DNA of 63,276 nt, counting the filler, from Corallochytrium limacisporum Hawaii (taxonomy: Eukaryota > Protista > Pluriformea), in assembly GCA_002811645.1 (NCBI GenBank). It is 5 parts of 5 records of this genome, joined end to end, with 100 filler letters (N's around TTAATTAATTAA, not from the genome) between each part and the next. Parts side by side here need not be neighbours in the genome. Positions count along the whole stretch, not along the records: positions 30,762 to 43,662 come from PDIP01000122.1; 4 more parts are not named here. One strand, written 5' to 3'. A model generated the notes under the pieces. That model saw nothing but the letters and a program-made list of their open reading frames with translations. It did no database searches and was not told the DNA's origin. Of this stretch, positions 30,821-41,400 are shown piece after piece; the stretch's first letter is position 1, and every line of letters begins with the position of its first letter. Position numbers and translations under genes: made by a program.

Positions 30821-31297
30821 TTTAGGTATACGGAATAGTCTCACGGGGTCTCTTCATTTGGGGGGGGGGGGCTGGTTGGTTGCGGGAAGGATGAATTGGG
30901 TGCTAGCAGCAGTTCTGGCTTTTCCAAACAGGAGAGTCGCAAGGTTAACGTAAAAGCCCAACACTAGCGCCCCCCTCGAGGGTAGGGTGTTTTGGTCCCT
31001 GGCCCACCAACGGTTTGCGAGTGTCGGTGAGACGGGGGCGCGATCTCTTCAAAACCACGAGACACCAGCGACTCAGCGGAGAACGGAGAAGAGACGTTTG
31101 TGTGGCTATTTCAAGACATATCAAGCAGATCATGGCAACATGGGAAATGGAACCTCTGTACTGGTCAACAACATGCGATTGTTCATGAATGACTGTGACT
31201 GTGATCACGGCGGCGATGACAACAGGGTGGCCTATAACACCAGTAGTCTCACCGGAAAACAAGTAGTGGCATAGGCATTTCGTTCACAACGAATACA

Positions 31298-32890
31298 ATG
31301 GCCAGCGGATTCTCGTGGTATGGTCCTGCAGTCCTCGGGATCACAGCGCTGCTCCTGCCACTTTTGGTGCCCACAATCTGCCTGCGACTATTTGCCATAG
31401 TAAAGGCGAAGCGGGAAATCCGTGGTGGCGAGAAAGGATTAGTTTACGGGTTCTTCCATCCCAACTACCTGGGAGGAGGTGGTGGAGAACGTGTTCTTTG
31501 GGCAGCAATCGCTGGGATCCAGGACCAAGATCCAGACGGACAGATTGTTATTTACGGTTCTGGTGTGACGGGGGCCAATGTAAAACAACTAGCTGGCAAG
31601 GCGCTGAACGACCACGTTCTGGATGTATTCGGGTTCGAGTTGACTAGGAGCGTGAGGGTGGTGCAACTTTATCATGGCTGGCTCGTGGATCCGGCAACAT
31701 ACCCGGTTTTTGGCATTCTAGGCCAATGCATTGGTGGTCTATTGCTCGGACTGGAGGCTTTCCTTCGTGACCCTCGTAAGATCCCCGATGTCTTCATAGA
31801 CTCTGTGGGCATTCCATATACACTTCCACTGTGGAAGTGGGGCATTGGCTGTAAGCACGTTGCGGCCTATATCCACTATCCGACTGTGAACCTGGATCTT
31901 GTCAGGGCAGCAGAAGCAGCCAAAGGTCATTCCCCAACTTTCGTGCGCAACCATGTGATCGGTCCGTTGAAAATGTTCTACTATCGCGTCGTGCTCGTGT
32001 TGTACACAATATGCGGCTACGCTTGTGATATGATCATGGTAAACAGCACCTGGACACGTAATCACACCCCGCGGGCCTGGCGTGAATTGAAGACAGGGCT
32101 GAATCAGAACCAACCACTCGTGAACATTGTGTATCCTCCATGCAACACCGAGCGGTTGATTGTGGGCTCAGTGGAATCTAAGCTAGATGGACAGCTACGC
32201 AGTCGACCTTCGGCGCGAGATGCATCACGGGTGAACCGCATTGTCAGCATTGCGCAGTTTAGGCCGGAGAAGGACCATGCCCTGCAAATCAAAGCGTTTG
32301 CCAACTTGGTTATTAAGGTCACCGACGAGCTGAAGCAGCGATACAAGAGTAAGGCTGAGGCGGAGCAGGAGGCTAGCATGAAGTTGCCTGAACTATGGAT
32401 GATCGGATCATGCCGGAATGATGACGATCGGGCCCTACTGGAAGATCTGAAGGTCCTGGCTAAAGAACTTGTACCAGAACCGTACCTTCACAGCCACGTC
32501 AAGTTCAAGGTGAGTATCCCCTTTCCTGAACTCAAGGATGCTCTACGCACCAGTCTGATGGGCCTGCACACCATGAAAGAAGAACATTTTGGCATTGGTA
32601 TAGTCGAAATGATGGCCGCTGGTGCCTTGGTAATTGCTCATGACTCTGGGGGCCCGAAGGAGGACATTGTCACGACCACGCCGGAGCCGGAACGCACGGG
32701 CTACCGTGCCAAGACAGTGGAGGAGTATATGGAATGTCTGCAGAAGATCATGGCCATGGACCCCCTTGATCAGAGCAAGATGCGTATTAGAGCACAAGAG
32801 AGTGTCCGGCAGCGATTTAGCGATGCCACCTTCGAGTTGGAGTTCAGTCAGCTCTGCTCGCCACCAGAGATCCATGGGGATCAAAGCTAA
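31298..32890 (+). CDS. ALG11: ALG11 alpha-1,2-mannosyltransferase
   Basis: GFFHPNYLGGGGGERVLW, YIHYPT, VNSTWT, AQFRPEKDH and EHFGIGIVEMMAAG. Confidence 0.96.
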   Translation: MASGFSWYGPAVLGITALLLPLLVPTICLRLFAIVKAKREIRGGEKGLVYGFFHPNYLGGGGGERVLWAAIAGIQDQDPDGQIVIYGSGVTGANVKQLAGKALNDHVLDVFGFELTRSVRVVQLYHGWLVDPATYPVFGILGQCIGGLLLGLEAFLRDPRKIPDVFIDSVGIPYTLPLWKWGIGCKHVAAYIHYPTVNLDLVRAAEAAKGHSPTFVRNHVIGPLKMFYYRVVLVLYTICGYACDMIMVNSTWTRNHTPRAWRELKTGLNQNQPLVNIVYPPCNTERLIVGSVESKLDGQLRSRPSARDASRVNRIVSIAQFRPEKDHALQIKAFANLVIKVTDELKQRYKSKAEAEQEASMKLPELWMIGSCRNDDDRALLEDLKVLAKELVPEPYLHSHVKFKVSIPFPELKDALRTSLMGLHTMKEEHFGIGIVEMMAAGALVIAHDSGGPKEDIVTTTPEPERTGYRAKTVEEYMECLQKIMAMDPLDQSKMRIRAQESVRQRFSDATFELEFSQLCSPPEIHGDQS

Positions 32891-33046
32891 ACATGCATAG
32901 GAACACATAAAGGATAGGTGTGTTAAACTGTGCATCCGTTCTCTTAGTCATGCATACCTTAAACTATGTTTTGTATGTACGTTCAATTCAAATGATACAC
33001 GACGTGTTTGTTAATCATACACACAACCATTGGGTATACGACATGT

Positions 33047-33604
33047 TCAACCATTCAGTCGGCTGAGCAGAGGGTTTGCAGCAGGCTCTGCCAGGTTCTT
33101 AGGCTCTTCGTTTACAATCTTGGATATCAATGGGCGCACAGACATGCTGAGCATGACGTACAGGAAAATGTAGCTGCAGTCGAGGTAATCATCGCCCTCA
33201 ATGCCACGGTGGGTGATGCTAGTGAAGAGCTCTATCGGTTGAAAGGGTAGGCGTCCAACAACAACACCGTCAAAGTAGTAGCTCATCCCGTACAAGCCAC
33301 CCATCAGAGTAAAAGCATTAGCAAAGTTGCTCTTGACCTGTAGACCGCTCATCTCTCCGGCCAGGGCACGCAGCTGGTTCTCCAGATTCTTGGCACGTTT
33401 CGCCATTTGTTTGTTATTGGGGTTGGTGTCAGCAAGCCGCTTAGCTTCGTTGTACTTTACAGAATCATCCTCCATTTTCTTTCTCAGCCTTTTGTAGGCA
33501 GGATCCCGATAAAGAAAAGCGTATCCAAAGGCTTGGGACACAATTGCCAGCCCCACAGATGCACCCAACACCGTCAACAGGTGCGGCAAGTACTCTAAAC
33601 CCAT
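33047..33604 (-). CDS. TMCO1: TMCO1 (Oxa1-superfamily ER membrane protein)
   Basis: FDGVVVGRLPFQP..ITHRGIEGDDYLDCSYIFLYVM. ATG at 33604. Confidence 0.93.
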   Translation of the reverse strand: MGLEYLPHLLTVLGASVGLAIVSQAFGYAFLYRDPAYKRLRKKMEDDSVKYNEAKRLADTNPNNKQMAKRAKNLENQLRALAGEMSGLQVKSNFANAFTLMGGLYGMSYYFDGVVVGRLPFQPIELFTSITHRGIEGDDYLDCSYIFLYVMLSMSVRPLISKIVNEEPKNLAEPAANPLLSRLNG

Positions 33605-34120
33605 ATTTGCGCCTGTGCCAATGCCACTCCAACAACGCAAACCGTCAATGAAGGACAGAAAACATTGCAGTTTCTCGCATTCAATTCTTACTTCTTGAAA
33701 TACCCTAGTTAATGTTGATCTCGTAAAACTAAATTCAAAAAAAAAAACATGTCCAGAGAGGACGAACCATGATCTCTGAACGCAGCCATACGGCGGTGTT
33801 GATTCCGTTCAACCATTCATGGTCAGGAGCTCTTTTGGTGCGCAGAGGTCCTTCAACCCTCCTCATATTTTGCGGGGGCCCACTTCAGTGACATTGGGGG
33901 AGAAAATGGTTTTGCTGGGAAGTTGTTATTTGTGGCGTCAGGGAAATTAGACTCCCCTTCAGTAGAGGGGGGAAAATCGCTTCGGGGAACAAGGGACCTA
34001 TCGGTGGATGGCCCTTTGTTTTGGGTGATGATCGTCGATTGCAATCGTGAACGCTCAGAATATGTACAAAGTTTATACAATACTACAGTGATGTCACATT
34101 CTCATGAGAGATGAGGTGGT

Positions 34121-35776
34121 TTAGAAGACAGTACCCATCTCTTCCTCACAGTCAATGTAAACGCACTTCTCCTGCGTGAAGTGGTGAAGCGCTTCGGTGC
34201 CGTTCTCCTTTCCGTACCCAGACTGTTTGTAGCCACCAAAGGGAATCTCCAGAGGGCTGAGATTGTAGTTATTGACCCAGACACTTCCGGCCTGCAGCTG
34301 TCCGGCCAAACGGTGTGCCTGTGCCAGGTTGTTGGTGATGATGCCAGCGCCGAGGCCGAAACCGGACTCGTTCGCGCGGCGCACAGCTTCGCCCTCAGAG
34401 TTGAACTTAAGCACTGACATGACCGGTCCAAAGATTTCTTCACGCACACAGGTCATGTCGTCAGTGCAGTCAGTGAGAATGACCGGAGCCACAAAGGCCC
34501 GACTGTGCTGGCAAGGGTGGCCGGCAGGGAAGCTGACCCTCTCCGTGGAACCGACAACGAGATTAGCACCTTGCTCCACGGCGCCCTTAATGTAGCCCAG
34601 AACAAGGTCGGCATGCTTGCAACTGATCAATGCACCAACGTTCGACTTCATATCCATGGGATCCCCGATCACTGTGTTCTTGCGAATCCTTTCCACCATT
34701 CGCTCTACAATCTCATCGTGGATCGATTCGTGGATGAACACGCGGGTAGCATTGCTGCAGACTTCACCCTGAGTGTAGAAATTGGCCATCAATGCAGCTG
34801 TCGTGGCCCGCTCCAAGTCAGCATGCTCTGTGATAATCAGTGCAGACTTACCCCCGAGTTCGAGAGTGACCTTCTTCAGCGTGCCAGCAGAAGCTTGCAT
34901 GATCTTTCGTCCCGTCCCGACCTCGCCGGTGAACGAGACTTTGTGGATGCCACAATGTTGAGTCAGATATGCCCCTACAGACCCGGCACCCTGTACTACC
35001 TGGAAGACTCCCTTTGGAATGCCTGCCTCGAGGTACGCCTCCGCTAGAATGTTGCAGGATGTGGGAGTCATTTCCGAAGGCTTGAATATCATAGAATTGC
35101 CACTTGCAATCGCCGGCGCCGACTTCCAGCAGCTGATTTGAAACGGATAATTCCATGCTCCAATGCCTGCACACACTCCTAGTGGTTCACGCATGGTGTA
35201 CGCAAATGTGTGGCTGCGCGCATACCCGTCTTTGGCATGCTCGAGCACGTTAGGGTCTTTAGGTGTGTAGGCTGGGGTAAATTGTGAAATTACGCGGCCA
35301 GTATTAGTTAGTGCTGGTGCAATGCCTGCAAAATATTCAATTGCATCCGTTCCTGAGACGACATCGACACTGCTGGATTCACTGTAGCACTTGCCCACGT
35401 CCGTGGTTTCGATCTTCGCGATCTCGTCGCTCCGAGCTTTCAGGATCTGCGCCGCTGCGTACATTTTGTCCCGCCGCTCTTTTACCGGCGTGGCATGCCA
35501 GACCCTCTGTGCCTCTGTGGCTAACTCGATTGCAGCATCGATTTCTTCCGGAGAGGCAACTGCAACTTCGTTAATCACTTCCGCGTTTGCCGGATTGACA
35601 TTGCTAAATACTGTCTGACCTTTGGCAGCACCGTCTGTGAGGTAGCCACCAGAACCGTCATAAACGGACTTAATTGTAGATATTTGGCGACCAGCAGTCC
35701 ATGACAGGGCGCGAAGACAGATGCTTCTGTTCACTTCCGCTTTGTTGCGGCCGATGTTTCTCAGGGGAACCAACAT
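34121..35776 (-). CDS. ALDH9A1: Betaine/trimethylaminobutyraldehyde dehydrogenase (ALDH9/BetB-like), probably mitochondrial
   Basis: GIGAWNYPFQI, FKPSE, TLELGGKS, QGEVCSNATR and EEIFGPV; presequence-like N-terminus. Confidence 0.9.
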   Translation of the reverse strand: MLVPLRNIGRNKAEVNRSICLRALSWTAGRQISTIKSVYDGSGGYLTDGAAKGQTVFSNVNPANAEVINEVAVASPEEIDAAIELATEAQRVWHATPVKERRDKMYAAAQILKARSDEIAKIETTDVGKCYSESSSVDVVSGTDAIEYFAGIAPALTNTGRVISQFTPAYTPKDPNVLEHAKDGYARSHTFAYTMREPLGVCAGIGAWNYPFQISCWKSAPAIASGNSMIFKPSEMTPTSCNILAEAYLEAGIPKGVFQVVQGAGSVGAYLTQHCGIHKVSFTGEVGTGRKIMQASAGTLKKVTLELGGKSALIITEHADLERATTAALMANFYTQGEVCSNATRVFIHESIHDEIVERMVERIRKNTVIGDPMDMKSNVGALISCKHADLVLGYIKGAVEQGANLVVGSTERVSFPAGHPCQHSRAFVAPVILTDCTDDMTCVREEIFGPVMSVLKFNSEGEAVRRANESGFGLGAGIITNNLAQAHRLAGQLQAGSVWVNNYNLSPLEIPFGGYKQSGYGKENGTEALHHFTQEKCVYIDCEEEMGTVF

Positions 35777-36587
35777 TCTACCCTGGGTATTGGTGTCTGC
35801 AGATGTCTATTGCTACCTGCTGAGGCATGCTACTTCCTCTGCAATCCCACTTCCGTACAACTCACCCGCTTTATAACCAATCACTGTGTCTAGATCTCAG
35901 CACACTCCTTATTCTCGTTACATGCCATGCGAAATTCAATGTACGATTAGAAACGGTCCCTGGGTCGGAGGTGTTTTCCAATGCGCTCCCCACGTTCCCG
36001 GCCGGGCACGACCCTCGCACCCACCGTCGGTACCGGTGGGCCCCCCTCCCCCCCAACACACCGTGGGGTGGTGGCGCACCCGCTTTTGGGCCCGCTTTGC
36101 TCACGCAGCGAATTTCTTCTCACCAGGCCCCCACCGTGGGGCTGTCCGTTCGGACGTGTGCTGTGGTGCGGTTTCGCAGGAGGCCCATTAAAAATTAGGC
36201 TCCCTTTATTCCCTCGCGGACAAAAAGGACAGGGAGTCCCTGAGAAGGCGGGTCTCATTTCGCCGCCGCCTGAGCCTGAATTTCTCGCTCGGCGGGATCG
36301 CCGGGGACGGAGGAGCAATTGTCTGCCCGGGGAGTGTCCGTCCGGACATTAGAAATACTAGCTGTTTTCTTACCACTGGTATTTGAAACATATTCTGGGA
36401 TCAATTGTACCATATAAGGATATGCTCGCTTCCGGTGCAACCAGCTGAGAGTTTTGTTACACTGGCTGCAGTCGTTCCCTAACTCGAAACCGAGAAAGCT
36501 AACCTTTTCCGCCAATCCTTAGCAAGTAGGTTTTTGAGAAATGTGGTTAGTGGATGTAGCTTAGCAAAATCTATCGAGAACTGTGTG

Positions 36588-38339
36588 ATGAATGGCTTCG
36601 AACGCACGGTACTGGCTGTCTTTGTGGGAGGATGCGTAGCAGCTGCGATCTACATAACCAGCGGGCGGACAGTTGAAGACCTCTTGCGACAGTGGGTGCC
36701 AAGTCCGAGTGCACGGCGTAGACACAATGCAAGGCAGCGGTTGGAGGCTGAGGAGCGTGATTCTACTCAGTCAGATATACATCTTTCAAAGGAACAAACT
36801 TTGGGCGGACCGCTTGAGGCAGCCATAGGAAAACTTGGAGATACCTGGGCTCAAGTGAAGAAGAATCGGTTAGAAAGGGAGAGAATAGTTCGGGCCTTGC
36901 CTTTGGGTCTGCATAATAGTGGGAACACGTGCTACATCAACGGAGTATTGCAAATCATGGCTGCTGCTGAGCAATTACAGCCATGGATATTTCCAGAAGA
37001 CAGTGTATGTCGTGACATTACCAGAAAGCCCGTCGATACTGGTGGTGACGACGGTGACAAAATCTGCAATGGATTGCCGATCGGTAGTCACGAGCAATTC
37101 AGCAGCCGAAAGACGAACACAACGGTGAGCAAACTGCTTGAGACGATTTGTGATACGCTTCATGCCGACCTTTCGACTGTCCAGAGCAAACGGATCGCGC
37201 GTCGCCGATTGGAGCGCGCACTGGACCAGTTCCTAGCGGCTCTGGCTGGTGAGAATCGTGTGCTGGACCACGGACAGCAGGACGCACTTGAATTCCTTCA
37301 GTACACGTTGGCTGCGGTTATGCAGGACCGTAACAGCGTAAGATCGGGTAATGGGACTGCTTATGAAAGTGTGGTAACAGAAACAAGTGAACGAGATAGC
37401 AATCAATCATTACCATCGACCTCACCGTCGACACAGAATGGTCTTGGATCACTATTGCTGACCACACGGGACACAGATGGCAATTGCCGATATACATCAA
37501 AGGTTCTCATTCGCTCTGGGCCATCCGCAACGATTAAAATCTGTGGAACTGATGGAAAACAGTTCATTGATCGTCCACCCTTCGTGGGAGTCATTGCACA
37601 CACATTGCGTTGTGCGGGAGGCAATCAGGTGCAGGCTGAATCTACAGGTACACTGTGCCGTCACGCGTCGCAGCGCCTCGAGACAACGACAACGCTTTCA
37701 GTGCTTTTGCCAAATCCGCGGGCAGTGGAAATTGCTCTTGAAGCCTGCCTTGAGCATTGGTGTGCGGCCGAATTCATTGAGGACGCAACATGTGAAGGTT
37801 GTGGCCGTCCCGGCGGACTTTTCAAAGATGTTCGCTACCAGAGCTTGCCGGAACTACTGTGGATCCACATTGCGCGCGTTTACTATTCTATGGATCCTGG
37901 TGCGGATCTCGACATGATGCACGGGTTCAAGAGTGGAACATTTGTGCGGTACGGAGAGTACCTGGATATGGCGCCTTACCTGACACAGTTGTGTCTGAAC
38001 GCAAACATACCGGAACCTGCGTCGCCGTTTGGTGATCTCCAACAGAACCAGCGGCGACGACAGGGAGTGCCTCCACACCCGTACCGTCTGATTGGTGTCC
38101 TGGTCCACACAGGAAGTTCTGGGAATGGACACTTCGTTAGCTACGTGCGCTGTGAGGTAGATTCTGATAACAATCTCGATGGAAATGACAATCAGGGCGA
38201 ACGTACTCACAATTATGGACGGAACAGCCACCATGCTTGGGCCGTGTGCAACGATGACCGCGTCAGAGAGAGTTCATTGCAGGAGGCATTGAGTCAACAG
38301 GCCTATCTCTTGCTCTACGCAAGGGACACTGACTTGTAG
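36588..38339 (+). CDS. USP-family deubiquitinase with N-terminal membrane anchor (USP30/Ubp16-like)
   Basis: GLHNSGNTCYIN Cys box, QQDALEF, HTGSSGNGHFVSY His box, N-terminal TM segment. Confidence 0.88.
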   Translation: MNGFERTVLAVFVGGCVAAAIYITSGRTVEDLLRQWVPSPSARRRHNARQRLEAEERDSTQSDIHLSKEQTLGGPLEAAIGKLGDTWAQVKKNRLERERIVRALPLGLHNSGNTCYINGVLQIMAAAEQLQPWIFPEDSVCRDITRKPVDTGGDDGDKICNGLPIGSHEQFSSRKTNTTVSKLLETICDTLHADLSTVQSKRIARRRLERALDQFLAALAGENRVLDHGQQDALEFLQYTLAAVMQDRNSVRSGNGTAYESVVTETSERDSNQSLPSTSPSTQNGLGSLLLTTRDTDGNCRYTSKVLIRSGPSATIKICGTDGKQFIDRPPFVGVIAHTLRCAGGNQVQAESTGTLCRHASQRLETTTTLSVLLPNPRAVEIALEACLEHWCAAEFIEDATCEGCGRPGGLFKDVRYQSLPELLWIHIARVYYSMDPGADLDMMHGFKSGTFVRYGEYLDMAPYLTQLCLNANIPEPASPFGDLQQNQRRRQGVPPHPYRLIGVLVHTGSSGNGHFVSYVRCEVDSDNNLDGNDNQGERTHNYGRNSHHAWAVCNDDRVRESSLQEALSQQAYLLLYARDTDL

Positions 38340-38477
38340 ATTAGACTGAGAACTATCAACAATTAAAGCTAAAGTGTAGTATTAAAGAATCATACTATCT
38401 AGACGAAGTGGTGTCTAGTCAAAACGGACAACAAAGGCATTCTATCGTAGTCAAACTCAACTGGATGTACCCATTGC

Positions 38478-41400
38478 TCACTCGCACCCCTGGGGATGCA
38501 TTGGCTTGCACCGACACTTACAGTCCCCAACGGGACAGCATGTGTGCTCAAGCTGGAACCACTGCTTCATGTGGTTGGGATGACCGCCGTGGCCACAACA
38601 CGGGCAGACAGTGACCATTCCGCGCACCTCGGCCAGACAGATCGCGCAGGCAATCCGCCTACCGGTGCCGCCGCTGTGACAATTCTCGCTCTTATGGCGG
38701 ACACGGCCTTCACTGCGATTTGACGAAGATGTCTGCTGCTGAGTGCGATGCTGCGTCGACGCTGCACCTTGCGAGACCACACGCGATTGGGCAGACCATT
38801 CGTGTGACGAAGAGGCTAATGACCCGATGGCACCACCTGTGGAATAATTCCTATGGTGCTGAGCCAAGCCGGCTCCAGCGCTTGACCCTCCTCCGTTTGA
38901 CACGCCAGTGCCGCCATCCTGAGAAGGGGGACTGAGTAGGACGTTCGTATACGAACTCGACCTGGCTCCTGTGCCGTGTGAATCCTTCAAGTGAGGCGGC
39001 ACGGACACACCAGTACGGTCCGAGAGAGAGTCAGGCCGGGGAAATGCTGGAAGGTCGCTGTGATCCGTGTAGGTCCCAAAAGACGAGCCCGAGGTCCGAC
39101 CGCCTTTGTCAGTGGGTCCGGTCGAGGACAAAGGTCCACACTGCGAGCAAGACAGGGTGCTCTGGAACTCAATCTGTCTGTGGTCTAGCATACGAGACGG
39201 TATGTACTGCCGGAACTCTGCAGATGTGTACTGTAGACCCCAGCGGTCAAGAACATTGGCATAAGCGACCATATAAGGCGTGAGGTAGTCACGAAGCCCA
39301 TCGTCGATTAGGCGTCGGTTGGACGTCGCCATTGGCGGATTGCTAGCCTTCGCCACTATCATTCCAGAGTCGCTAAACTGCGCCGCTGTCTCCTGCTGAA
39401 TAGCATCGTCATAAGCGAACAGGAAGAAGGCTGTCATGGCAATGGTTTGCACGTCTTCCGGTTCTACGAACTCCTCCATGAGCTCCTTCAGCAAGGTCCT
39501 TCCGAATGGATGCTCCGCCCACTCACAGAAAACTTGCTGTCTGGAAGGCACGGAGGCAACGACTGGCTTCAGTTCGCTGCTGTCGATCGAAGTAGTGTTT
39601 AAATTATGCGGCGAACTGCGTTGTGGGTGGCTACTAGCTTTGTCACTAGCTGTACCACCGATGGGAGCGGGTGCACTGGTGGTCGATGGTACGCTCCGGG
39701 TGCGATCCACCAGTGGGGCCCCAGGACCAAGAAGACTGTGTCCACCGTAGCTGCGCTGGTTCACATCCGTGAGAGAGTTCATTTGTCCGAGGGTGACCCC
39801 AAAGCTTCCACTTGTCCGGGTCGCATCAGAAGGGAGAATAAGACTCGACCGACGGGTATCACCTCCGGTTCGAATACCACCACCGGTGCTCGTTTCCGAG
39901 ACTGAATCATTGACAGTTGGATCAGCTATTTCCTTCAGCAGCGTCCAAAGTTGACCTGTGTGGCGCCGGTTGAACTGCAATGCAATATGGGAATTTTTTT
40001 CGCAGAGTTCCTTTGTGGACCCACCATTCAAAACGTAGCGTTTGGCCAGGGCTTCGCTGGCTAGGAACAAGGAACGCAGATCCTCCGCACCAATCAGAGT
40101 GCGCCAGGTGATTTGAACGTGTTTGCTGTTCGCCTCGATGACACCATTGTCATCAACGCTGTCTCCGTGACTATCGTGGCCAACACTACCACTTTGGCTC
40201 TGACCGTCTGCTATGCTGGCAAGTTCACGCGTTTCAGACAGATTTCGCCGGTGGCCGCCGGTGCGCTCGCCCACAGCGAGGCGCGAGTTCTTGCGAACCA
40301 TCAAGGCGCCTGCGGCACCGCGACGGGGGCTCGACTGTTTGGTGTGCAGTGGCGATTCCCGTGGACTTGAGCCTGCCGTGCTGCTGCCCTGTGGCAATTC
40401 CAGCGGTTTGCCGAGATTGTCCTTTGATTTCGTGCCTCGAGTGCCCCCGCCATCTTCTTTAGCGTGACCAAGTCCTTCCATGGGCGCAGTTTGGGCGCGC
40501 TGCAGAAAAGCGTATGGGCCAGTCAATACGGGTTCCGCTGGGACTGCCTGATCGGTGCCAATAGATGTTTCCTGGCCTTTAGTGCCATCTGCAGTGTCCT
40601 CGATGACCTCCTCGTGAATTTCCATGTCAAATGCTTCTTGTCCTCTTAGTTGGGCGGATGAACCCGGACGACTTGTCCCCTCCGATCGGGTCTCTCCACC
40701 GTCGGCAGCGGACTTATTCAGGCCCTCTTGGGATGCCGCTTTGAGATTCCCAAAGGCAGCCCCGCCAAGAGCTCCCGTTTCACCAACGTTGCGCGTGATC
40801 GATCGGCGCGGGCGCAGCGAAGCAACTGTGTAGCTCCCGCGACGGACCGGTGATTGGGGACGGGGCTGCAGGTGCACTGGTAATGCACTACCCATTTTCC
40901 CTGTTAGCGACTGATCGCTGCCGCCGTGGTCGAGCTCCGCCAATCCAAGCACGCGTCCGCGCGAATCTTCCTCGTACGAAACCAGACTTCGCAGGAATTC
41001 AGGCAGCTGATTGTAAGACCGAGGCAGGGCCAAAGGACCGCGACGTGATCGAAGCATGGGCTCGTAGCGCGCCGGTAGGGAGTGCCAGTGTAGCAGCTGG
41101 CCAGTGGGCGTAAAAAGGGCACCGCAGAATCGCGGGAAGGGCACACGTTCATTCGCTGTTGAGTCCAAGTTCGATGGCAGAGAAGTTGTGGGTCCGAATT
41201 GCGGTTTCTCAGCGGTAGATTCCAGTTCTTCCATGATGATTTTCAGACAATGCGCCAGACACGGTCGCCGGTGCCTAGTGCACTCCGAGGCACATTCCTT
41301 AACCCTTTCCTTAAGTGATCGGAGATTGACACCAGGTGTGGATACCTGGTAGCGGAAGATGGGCTCTGCGCCGGGTTCCGGGTACGCCACCGGAAACTCA